Shown one piece after another: positions 1 through 8,696 of a DNA stretch of 44,107 bases (positions are counted from its first letter, which is position 1; each line of letters starts with the position of its first letter). The position numbers and the translations under genes were made by a program. A model generated the notes under the pieces. That model was not told the DNA's origin, made no database searches, and saw only the letters and a list, made by a program, of their open reading frames with translations. Source of the stretch: Candidatus Aenigmatarchaeota archaeon (GTDB lineage Archaea; Aenigmatarchaeota; Aenigmatarchaeia; CG10238-14); NCBI GenBank assembly GCA_014728985.1, contig WJKS01000097.1, positions 1 through 44,107 on the forward strand, written 5' to 3'.

Positions 1-81
1 ACTTTCAGAAGTACTGGTACTGAGCTTAATTTTTTAACTATTCTAAATACTTATAAAATTCTATAAACACTAATTCTACTC

Positions 82-1857
82 ATGACTAGAATAGCTACCG
101 TAAACCGTGACTTATGTAAAAGAGATAAATGCGGCTATCTCTGTAAAAAGGTTTGTCCTATTAATAGAAAGGGCGAAGAATGTGTAGTTATTGATGAGAA
201 AACAGGATTCCCAATCATTGATGAGGGATTATGTATAGGTTGTGGTTTATGTGTTAGTAAATGTGATAAGGCAGGTTATAAGGCCTTGCATGTTGTCAAT
301 CTCCCGGAAAAACTTGAAGAAACTCCTATTCACAGGTTTGGTAAGAACCAGTTCGTTCTTTACCGCCTTCCATTCCCTAACCCAGATAGAATAGTAGGAC
401 TTGTTGGTTCAAACGGGTTAGGTAAAACTACAGCCTTGGAAATCCTCTCAGGACAGATGAAACCAAATCTAGGCCAGGAAAAGGAAGCAAATTTGTCAGA
501 GATAGTAAGAATGTTCAGGGGTACAGAACTCCAGAATTACCTCGAACGACTCGAGTCCGGTGAAATGAATGTTTCCTACAAGCTCCAAAGAGTTGATAAA
601 ATACCGTTCGCCTTTAAAGGAAGGGTTTCAAAACTCCTTGACAATACAGACGAGAGAGGTATCCTAAACGATCTCATCCAGAAATTTGGCATTGAAAGGA
701 TAATTGATAAAGAAATTGACAAGATATCCGGAGGAGAGCTCCAAAGAGTAGCAATAACAGCCGCTTTAGCAAAAGATGCAGATATCTATTATTTCGACGA
801 ACCCACTAGTTTCCTTGATGTTTTCCAGAGATTAGAGATATCCAAGAGTATCCGTGAATTCTGTAAAGGAAAGTCAGTAATAGTAGTTGATCACGATCTG
901 GCCACACTTGATTTCCTCGCAGATAACATCCATATATTCTATGGTGTACCTGGTGTTTATGGTATAGTTTCAAGCCCATATTCTGTTAGAGTGGGTATCA
1001 ATGCCTTTTTGGATGGTTATATCAAGGAAGATAACGTAAGAATAAGAACAGAACCAATAACTTTTGAGTCAACTTTCATCGAACAGGAGTCAGGAATAGA
1101 GCAGATGATATCTTTCAAGGACGTCGAGAAAAAATTGGGTAATTTCCAGCTCAAGGTAAATCAAGGCAATATCTACAAAAGAGAGGTTGTAGGAATATTA
1201 GGTGCTAACGCCCTTGGTAAAACAACTTTTGCAAGAATCCTATCAGGGGAAATAAAACAAAACAAAGGAAAAATAGATGGTAAGGTCAAGATATCCTACA
1301 AGCCACAATACCCCAAAACAGACTTTGATGGAACTGTAAGACAACTTCTCAAATCGGTAACAAGTAAATTAGGGACCGGTGATTATAAGTCCAGGATTCT
1401 TAGACCTCTTGGAATAGATAAACTACTTGAAAAGAACGTGAATAAGCTTTCAGGAGGAGAGTTGCAAAGAACTGCTGTTACTGTCGCTTTGAGTAAAAAT
1501 TCAGATATTTACCTTTTGGATGAACCTTCTGCATTCATGGATGTAGAGCAAAGGCTTAATCTCGCAAAGATGGTGAGGAATTTGGTTGAGAGACAGGAAA
1601 CATCTGCTTTAATAATAGACCATGATCTCCTCTTCCTAAGTCAGATATCCGATAGAGCAATGGTCTTCTTGGGGAAAAGTGGTGTTGAAGGTCACGTAGA
1701 AAGACCAGAAGCAGTCGAAAGCGCATTCAACAAGTTCCTAAGGGAAGTAGGTGTCACCTTCAGAAGAGATAAGACAACTGGTCGCCCAAGAGCAAATAAA
1801 TTAGATTCCCAGCTGGATCAGGAGCAGAAGGCTAATGGCAATTACTTCATGAGTTAA
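82..1857 (+). CDS. ABCE1: Ribosome recycling ATPase ABCE1/RLI (N-terminal Fe-S domain plus two ABC domains)
   Basis: N-terminal CxxxxCxxxCxxxCP and CIGCGLC Fe-S motifs, Walker A GSNGLGKTT and GANALGKTT, two SGGELQR signatures, C-terminal TFRRD..TGRPR.NK.DSQ.D. Confidence 0.98.
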   Translation: MTRIATVNRDLCKRDKCGYLCKKVCPINRKGEECVVIDEKTGFPIIDEGLCIGCGLCVSKCDKAGYKALHVVNLPEKLEETPIHRFGKNQFVLYRLPFPNPDRIVGLVGSNGLGKTTALEILSGQMKPNLGQEKEANLSEIVRMFRGTELQNYLERLESGEMNVSYKLQRVDKIPFAFKGRVSKLLDNTDERGILNDLIQKFGIERIIDKEIDKISGGELQRVAITAALAKDADIYYFDEPTSFLDVFQRLEISKSIREFCKGKSVIVVDHDLATLDFLADNIHIFYGVPGVYGIVSSPYSVRVGINAFLDGYIKEDNVRIRTEPITFESTFIEQESGIEQMISFKDVEKKLGNFQLKVNQGNIYKREVVGILGANALGKTTFARILSGEIKQNKGKIDGKVKISYKPQYPKTDFDGTVRQLLKSVTSKLGTGDYKSRILRPLGIDKLLEKNVNKLSGGELQRTAVTVALSKNSDIYLLDEPSAFMDVEQRLNLAKMVRNLVERQETSALIIDHDLLFLSQISDRAMVFLGKSGVEGHVERPEAVESAFNKFLREVGVTFRRDKTTGRPRANKLDSQLDQEQKANGNYFMS

Positions 1858-1891
1858 ATCTTTAAGTTTTCTTAACCTATTAGATTGATAC

Positions 1892-2602
1892 ATGCCAAAA
1901 ATATCCGTGGTAATTCCTGTTTATAACGAAGAAGAACAGTTGGAATGGAGTGTTAAAGAGGTTCTAAAAGTTTGTAAAAAGAATTACAAGGATTTTGAAA
2001 TTCTTATTGCAGATAATGCATCCACTGACAGAACATTGGAAATTGCCAAAAAACTGAAAAACAAATACAAACAAGTTAATTACATACATTTGGACCAAAA
2101 AGGACGAGGAAGGGCTTTGAAAAGAGCATGGACATCAACTGATGCGGATATAATGTGCTATATGGATGTTGACCTCTCAACTGACCTAAGGCATCTCGGG
2201 CAATTGACCGATGCTATAGAGAAAGGATATGATATATCATTTGGTTCAAGGCATCACGAGGAATCCAAACTGGAGCGCTCACTTAAGAGAGACGTCCTTT
2301 CCAAGGGTTATAATTTTCTTCTGAGAGCATTCCTAAATTTCCCATTCAATGACGCTCAGTGTGGTTTCAAAGCAATAAACAGTCAAATAGCAAAAGAATT
2401 AGTACCAGAAATTGAAAATAATGAATGGTTTTTTGACACAGAATTAATAGTCAAGGGACTTCATGCTGGTTACAGGTTAAAATCAATACCTGTAGAATGG
2501 ATAGAGGATAAAGGAAGTACTGTTAAAATAAAGAAAACAGTTGAGAGTTATTTGAAAAATATTTTTAGGGTGAGAAAAGAGTTGAGAGGAAATGGAATAT
2601 GA
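1892..2602 (+). CDS. GT2 glycosyltransferase, dolichyl-phosphate hexose synthase-like
   Basis: SVVIPVYNEE, ADNASTD, YMDVDLS, DAQCGFKA, WFFDTE motifs. Confidence 0.92.
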   Translation: MPKISVVIPVYNEEEQLEWSVKEVLKVCKKNYKDFEILIADNASTDRTLEIAKKLKNKYKQVNYIHLDQKGRGRALKRAWTSTDADIMCYMDVDLSTDLRHLGQLTDAIEKGYDISFGSRHHEESKLERSLKRDVLSKGYNFLLRAFLNFPFNDAQCGFKAINSQIAKELVPEIENNEWFFDTELIVKGLHAGYRLKSIPVEWIEDKGSTVKIKKTVESYLKNIFRVRKELRGNGI

Positions 2603-3869
2603 TACAATAATACTTGGTGGAGGATTAACTGGACTATTTGTTGGATATAAACTAAGTAAAAAAGGGAAGAAGATTATAATAATCGAGAAATCAAAAGAGT
2701 TGGGTGGTTTACTTGGGTCTCTTAAGACGAGAGGTTGTCCGATTGAAAAATATTATCATCATGTCTTTAAGACGGATAAGAATTTCTTGGAATTGGTTGA
2801 TGAGATAGGTATAGAAGGTTTTGGTTGGAACAAATCAGATCTTGGTTTTTACACTGATGGTAAAATACATGACATGTCAACACCTTTTCATTTAGGTACT
2901 TTCAGCCCCCTGAATTTATTGGAAAAAATACAGTTTGTTCTGCTAGCGTTAAAAATGAAAACCTCAAAAGATTTTGAGAAACTGGATAAGATAACTGCCA
3001 AAGAATGGATAATCGGAAATTCAAGTAAGGGTCTTTATAATAAATTTTTCCGGCCTCTTTTGGAGAGTAAATACGGGGACAATTCCAAAAAGGCGTCCGC
3101 AGCATGGTTTATCGAGAGAATCAACATGAGAACTAGCGGTGGATTAGGGAAAGAAAACTTGGGTTACATAGAATGTGGATTCCAGCAATTAATTGATAGA
3201 TTAGAAGAGGAGATACTTAGAAACGGTGGAGAAATCCTAAAATCAAAGTCCGCAAGTAAGTTGTTAATAAAGAACAAAGCAATACAGGGCGTAAGTTTGG
3301 GAAGAAAGAAGATAAAGTCTAAGTATGTGGTAAGTACCATCCCTTTACCAGAGCTTGCTAAGTTCAAGGAACTACCAGAAAAATACAGGAAAAGGATAAC
3401 ATCGCTCAAATATCAGGGTGCAATGTGCCTGTTACTCGGATTGAAGAAAAGCTTATCTGACTTTTATTGGACAAATATCATTGATGATTCTCTTATAGGT
3501 GCGATAATAGAACACACAAATCTTCAACCCATTGAGAATTACAAGGATAAAGTTGTCTATCTGGCGAGTTATCCTAACTATAGTTCGGATTTGTGGAAAA
3601 TGTCAGATAAGGAAGTCTTTGAGGAATATTTCACTGATTTGAGGAAAATATTTCCAGAAATCAAGAAAAAGGATGTTAATTGGTGGAAATTAGCTAAAGA
3701 CACAAATGCAGGAATACTTTATGAAACAGGGTATCAGAAAAAAAGAGTAGGTAACAAAACTCCAGTTAAGAATCTTGTAATCGGTGGTATGTTCAATCAC
3801 TATCCTGATAGGTCAGTAGAAGGTGCCTTGGTAGTAGGTAATAAAATCTTAGAATTAATTGAAAATTGA
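2592..3869 (+). CDS. FAD-dependent oxidoreductase (amine oxidase/protoporphyrinogen oxidase-like fold), substrate unknown
   Basis: GGGLTG dinucleotide motif, EK..ELGG, EKYYHHVF and C-terminal YPDRS; overlaps the upstream GT2, suggesting coupling. Confidence 0.85.
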   Translation: MEYDTIILGGGLTGLFVGYKLSKKGKKIIIIEKSKELGGLLGSLKTRGCPIEKYYHHVFKTDKNFLELVDEIGIEGFGWNKSDLGFYTDGKIHDMSTPFHLGTFSPLNLLEKIQFVLLALKMKTSKDFEKLDKITAKEWIIGNSSKGLYNKFFRPLLESKYGDNSKKASAAWFIERINMRTSGGLGKENLGYIECGFQQLIDRLEEEILRNGGEILKSKSASKLLIKNKAIQGVSLGRKKIKSKYVVSTIPLPELAKFKELPEKYRKRITSLKYQGAMCLLLGLKKSLSDFYWTNIIDDSLIGAIIEHTNLQPIENYKDKVVYLASYPNYSSDLWKMSDKEVFEEYFTDLRKIFPEIKKKDVNWWKLAKDTNAGILYETGYQKKRVGNKTPVKNLVIGGMFNHYPDRSVEGALVVGNKILELIEN

Positions 3870-3872
3870 TTT

Positions 3873-4556
3873 TTACCAGGATTTAACTCTATACTCCAAT
3901 AAACTCATTAAAGATATTAGTCCCTTCCTGAATGTGGCCTTCGATTGTTTATCTTCTCTAGAAGAATGGCCAACGGGTACCTGCATACCTTTATAACCCT
4001 TCTTCAAGGCCTTATGGACTAATTCAAGATCTATCACCCATTGCTTTGTCTCAATTTTTATGTCCTTCAGGATACCTGCTTTGAATACCTTGGGTTTACC
4101 ATTAATATCAGGAAAAGGTATTTGGAACAACAAATGGCAAAGAGAATTCCATAACCTGGAAACTATTAACCTGATCAGAATATCCTTCCTATCCTTTCTC
4201 CACCCAATAACTATATCATATCCCTTATCCACCCAGTCGATAAGTTTGGGTATATCTTCAGGTCTGTTCTGCAAATCAGCGTCTATGAAAGTTATGTATT
4301 CGCCTTTACAGGAATTGAATCCGGTTCTTAATGCGTCTGCATACCCTTTATTCACGTCCTTTACAATTAATCTTAACCTTTTGTATTTTTTCATTAATTT
4401 CTTAACTATATCTTTGGTTTTGTCCTTGGACCCGTCGTCCACGATAACAAGCTCAAAATTCAGCCCTTTAAGAGAATTAATTGTCAGTTCAATCACTTTT
4501 TTAATATTCATTTCTTCATTATAAGCGGGTATAACGACTGATAAGTTTGGTTTCAT
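3873..4556 (-). CDS. GT2 glycosyltransferase (polyprenol-phosphate sugar synthase-like)
   Basis: SVVIPAYNEE, VDDGSKD, FIDADLQ. Confidence 0.92.
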   Translation of the reverse strand: MKPNLSVVIPAYNEEMNIKKVIELTINSLKGLNFELVIVDDGSKDKTKDIVKKLMKKYKRLRLIVKDVNKGYADALRTGFNSCKGEYITFIDADLQNRPEDIPKLIDWVDKGYDIVIGWRKDRKDILIRLIVSRLWNSLCHLLFQIPFPDINGKPKVFKAGILKDIKIETKQWVIDLELVHKALKKGYKGMQVPVGHSSREDKQSKATFRKGLISLMSLLEYRVKSW

Positions 4557-6526
4557 TAGACTAAATCCTCCTTAACATATACTGCTAATTCTACTGTTGG
4601 TCTTAATGTGTATTTAGATAATATATACCCTTTATTCCCTTCTAATGTTTGACCTGAATCCTCAGAGACTATTATTACATCTGAATCCCAGTTTTCAAGA
4701 CCAAAGCCTTTTTCCAAGCCCCGGTTAATTATTTTATCTGAAATATCTTCCCCTTCTTGGTTATTAAGAGTGAAATCGTCATACCAGATAGTTCCTTTAG
4801 CAAATGCCCAGTTTGCAAGTATGGGTTCAATCCATATATATTGGGATTTATCCTCTACACAAAAATCAGTTTCTAGGTATTCCCAATCCCGAGTTCCTAA
4901 TATTTCATCAGACCTACCGATAATGGTACTTGGAAAATCATTCAAGTCTGCTCTTATTAATATCCTTGCAAATTCACCTGTTTCATTTAATTTTTCAAGG
5001 TTTTCTGTTTTTACCCAGGAACCAAGTATATAACATCCGTCATTCAGATATATTTTACTTTGCCAATTAGAATTAGAGCCATTAACTGATGAAATCTTGA
5101 TACTTCTATTACCACTATGAGAAACCTCAGAGTCCCATACTAGTTTCGCATCGCCGCCCCAATTGTACCTATCCCAATTTTCAGGGTTTTCAACCTTCTG
5201 TAAAAGATATCTCACTTGTCTGAAGTCCCTAAGATACCATGAAAGTGGATATTCGGTTTGTGGAACTGAAACTATCACACTAAGATCTCTGCCATGTTTG
5301 TCCCCCAGGTCATTCATTAAATTTACTAAATCCTTCAGGTCATTGGTGCTTTGTACAAAAGCTAAGAGATTTTCAGGTTCATTCTCATACTTGTTAAAAT
5401 TTAGATCTATTGAAATTCCAAGGTTTATCAGTATTAAAATCCCTAAAATAATGTGGAACAATATTCTGAATTTATTTGATAAATTTTTTGATATATATCC
5501 GAACAAAGTACCTGCAGATAAACATAAAGGTAAAACAACATGAGTAACATTATTAGGTAGTTTGTAAGGCATCCAAAGGTATATTGCGACCGAAAGTATT
5601 GTCCAAATCGAGATGAAGCGATTAAATTGGGTATTTTCTTTTATTACTAATAATATTCCCAATAACCCACCAATAAGAGCAACGAATTCATAATTAAGGA
5701 GTATTCTTAGATAGAATGTATATGGTCTGTAAAAACCGCCCTTTTCAACTCCTCTGTCAACCCAATGTAACATTGGTGATATTGCAGATTCCAATATATC
5801 TTCTGGATACTTAAAAAAGGCAGAATAAAATATTGAGAAAATGAAGATGAAAATTACAAATGAGATACCCAACATTTTCCAATTCTTACATACCCAATCA
5901 ATGATAGGTTTTAAACCGTCCCTTATTTTTTTATCTAAGTTACCCTTCTTTGATAGAATAGAATAAATCAGTTCTATACCCAAAAATAGCCCAAATATCC
6001 CGAGAAAAATGTAAGCATTCTCTTTGGTTGTGAAAAGTAGGGCAAAACTAGCTATGAACAGGAAAAAATGTAGTTTATTTTTAGTTTTTTGATAGAGAAA
6101 GAATGTGCAAAAGGTTGCCAGATTGAAAAAGACATGATAAGAGTCATGTAATCCGAATCTTGAATAGTAGACAAGCGATGGTGAAATTACAATGAGAATG
6201 GTTGCTATCAAAAAACCTTTATTTTTGAAACAGTTTCTTATCAAATAGAGTAGTAAAACAGTTAAGGAACCGAATAAAGCTGGCATTAGCCTTAAAGTGA
6301 AGTCACTTAATCCGAACAACTTAAAACTTAAAGCTCCAGCATAGAAAAGAAATGGTCCGTGAAAATCTGGATTATAGTGATACTCGCCCTTTTCATAAAA
6401 CTTCTTTATACCATCAGCATATCCTCCACCCTCGTCAAAATGGACCGGACGCCTTTCTAAGTCATAGAATCTTAAACCGACTCCCAGTAGGAAGATTACC
6501 AAAAGTATTACCAATTCTTTTTTCAT
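4556..6526 (-). CDS. TIGR03663/Agl23-like GT-C membrane protein with inserted carbohydrate-binding (CBM4/9-like) domain
   Basis: LRFYDL..RPVHFDEG, Y.YNP.FHGP, SPSLVYYSRF, LFTTKEN, YK.P, FVQST, YPLSWYLR motifs; ~160-aa beta-rich insert (SHSGNRSIKIS...GTIWYDDFTL). Confidence 0.82.
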   Translation of the reverse strand: MKKELVILLVIFLLGVGLRFYDLERRPVHFDEGGGYADGIKKFYEKGEYHYNPDFHGPFLFYAGALSFKLFGLSDFTLRLMPALFGSLTVLLLYLIRNCFKNKGFLIATILIVISPSLVYYSRFGLHDSYHVFFNLATFCTFFLYQKTKNKLHFFLFIASFALLFTTKENAYIFLGIFGLFLGIELIYSILSKKGNLDKKIRDGLKPIIDWVCKNWKMLGISFVIFIFIFSIFYSAFFKYPEDILESAISPMLHWVDRGVEKGGFYRPYTFYLRILLNYEFVALIGGLLGILLVIKENTQFNRFISIWTILSVAIYLWMPYKLPNNVTHVVLPLCLSAGTLFGYISKNLSNKFRILFHIILGILILINLGISIDLNFNKYENEPENLLAFVQSTNDLKDLVNLMNDLGDKHGRDLSVIVSVPQTEYPLSWYLRDFRQVRYLLQKVENPENWDRYNWGGDAKLVWDSEVSHSGNRSIKISSVNGSNSNWQSKIYLNDGCYILGSWVKTENLEKLNETGEFARILIRADLNDFPSTIIGRSDEILGTRDWEYLETDFCVEDKSQYIWIEPILANWAFAKGTIWYDDFTLNNQEGEDISDKIINRGLEKGFGLENWDSDVIIVSEDSGQTLEGNKGYILSKYTLRPTVELAVYVKEDLV

Positions 6527-6527
6527 T

Positions 6528-8696
6528 TCAATCTACCTTGTATATCTTTGCTTCAGTAGTATTGTAAACTAAATCAAATAAATCATTGAACTGATTTAAG
6601 TTTTCTTCTGAATATTTATCTTTTTCAAGTTTACCCACATAAATGTAAGAAATATTGTATTTTTCTATCAATTCCATGCTCTGGTTATTGTAGATTTTAT
6701 CAATATCAACAGCTCTTTTTGATATTTTATCAAGGGATTTTGGTCTCCATTGCTGTTCGTGGCCTTCCCAACCAACTAATGTAGGCAAACCCGTGTTAAA
6801 CGAAACACATGAAGTCCATTGAAATGATTGCCCTTTCGATTCCAGAATCACCGGAGTGTCTTCTATATTTTCATTTATCCATTTAATTGCATCGTAATCG
6901 CAGAAATCCACATTTTTTAGATAATCTCTACCGTCTAGGGTCTTACTTTTACCGAAAAAATTATAACCATTTTTGGTTTTACTGTAGGTGGCAAATACTG
7001 GATAAATTAAGGAAAATAATAACAAAAGAATGAATGTCCCGGTCCAAATTATGTTAGAAATTGTGCCTCTTTTGAGAAAATTATTTTTTATGTAATAGAA
7101 GAAATATGACGATGAGATGGACATTAGTACCCATATCTGCATACCTACTTTGAAAACAGTATTCACCCTTTCAAGGTCACCAGTAAAAGAATCGTCAACA
7201 AACAGGAATTCGATCACAATTAAGAGTCCAATACTTATGAAAAATAATGTTATTGCGAATATATTTTCGCGGTTAATTTTTTTTAGGCCAATTTTTTTCC
7301 ATAGTAGTATTCCAAAGATCACCAAAATCAGGAATAAAGATACTAATGGAATATTCAAAAGTCCGAAAGTTATAATCAGAAGAGCTGCTATACTAATCGG
7401 AATAGAAATATTAAATTTTTGGGTTTTAATTTCTAGAATTTTGTTTTTCTTAGAATAAAAATATAGGTAAGTCAATGATACAAATAAAAAAAGCCCGTAG
7501 ATTATAAGATAATGCTTTGTCAATGTTTTCTGTGAGGTAAATCCTATAGCTCTTGTGGATTTCACGCTTAGATGGTAAGGTAAAAATAAAATAAGACTTA
7601 GGATAACTACAACTGATGAAAGGATCAGGGTATTTTTGATAAGGCTCAAATTAACTTTTTTTGAATTTTGTAGACATTGCTGAATTAAGATCACAACTAA
7701 AGTTAAGCCAAGGTAAGTTGGATAATCCCAGGTATTGATAAATGCCAGAGAACCAATCAAAAGAGATAAAATGATAATTTCAGGTAAATCACTCTTAAGT
7801 AAATCCTTTGATTTCTTTTTTGATTTGATCAGATTAAGTACAAGTCCTATACAAATCAATGTGAATGGAATTGCCATCATGTGTGGATGCATGTCTGCAT
7901 GGAGAAAACTGAAATAAGGAAATTCATTGATTGTTCCGGGAATTATGTAATGCGCACTTGACCAATAGTTAAAGGGAATGAATCTCCCAGTTTCCACTAC
8001 CTGAAATAAACCCCTAAAGTTACCAATAAAACTAACTAAAATGGATCCAAGTAAGGCAGATCCCTTCTTTTTGGTCAGATTGTAAATGATTGAAAAAGAG
8101 TTTATTAAAGTCAAAGAAAAGAATAAAGGTATAGCCAGATTATAGGTTATCCCAGAACTTATTCCCGAGATTTTTGTCAAATTTGAGACCATCATATGTC
8201 CAAAGTAATAATATTGCATTTTTTCTCCAGTAAACCAACAATCATTTAAAGGAAAGGCCTTTGTCCTTAATATACAATTCAAAAGCATGAAGTCTTGAGG
8301 TTTTTCTGCATCAACTATACTGTTATCAAAATAGCGTACAATTGTGAAGGATAGAAATGATGAGATAAATAATAGCTCAACTAAAAGTAGGTATTTGATA
8401 TTATTTCGGACGAAGTCCATTATTTCCTTTTTACTTTTGATAAATGACCATATTGAGACCGAGGCTATCAGTAGAATCGATAAAATTATACTTAAGGCAG
8501 AGTATTCTGAGATTCCTAGATTGACAATAATCCACGTAAAATAAGTAGATAGTAATATTCCGATAGACTTCGAAAATACCAGTCCCTTATCCTTAAGATT
8601 TTTGAATATCCTAAACAAAATAGGAGTCATTAGAAAACATAGAAATTCAATAATGAGCAACCAAATTAGAACCGGGATTATTTGGAACATGATCAT
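6528..8696 (-). CDS. DUF2298 / Chlor_Arch_YYY membrane protein (predicted GT-C), paralog 1
   Basis: EKPQDF, P..D.WFTG..MQYYYFGH, TINEFPYFSFLHADMHPH, NTWDYPTY, R.NTVFK, TLDG, TGLPTLVGW.GHE.QWR. Confidence 0.9.
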   Translation of the reverse strand: MIMFQIIPVLIWLLIIEFLCFLMTPILFRIFKNLKDKGLVFSKSIGILLSTYFTWIIVNLGISEYSALSIILSILLIASVSIWSFIKSKKEIMDFVRNNIKYLLLVELLFISSFLSFTIVRYFDNSIVDAEKPQDFMLLNCILRTKAFPLNDCWFTGEKMQYYYFGHMMVSNLTKISGISSGITYNLAIPLFFSLTLINSFSIIYNLTKKKGSALLGSILVSFIGNFRGLFQVVETGRFIPFNYWSSAHYIIPGTINEFPYFSFLHADMHPHMMAIPFTLICIGLVLNLIKSKKKSKDLLKSDLPEIIILSLLIGSLAFINTWDYPTYLGLTLVVILIQQCLQNSKKVNLSLIKNTLILSSVVVILSLILFLPYHLSVKSTRAIGFTSQKTLTKHYLIIYGLFLFVSLTYLYFYSKKNKILEIKTQKFNISIPISIAALLIITFGLLNIPLVSLFLILVIFGILLWKKIGLKKINRENIFAITLFFISIGLLIVIEFLFVDDSFTGDLERVNTVFKVGMQIWVLMSISSSYFFYYIKNNFLKRGTISNIIWTGTFILLLLFSLIYPVFATYSKTKNGYNFFGKSKTLDGRDYLKNVDFCDYDAIKWINENIEDTPVILESKGQSFQWTSCVSFNTGLPTLVGWEGHEQQWRPKSLDKISKRAVDIDKIYNNQSMELIEKYNISYIYVGKLEKDKYSEENLNQFNDLFDLVYNTTEAKIYKVD

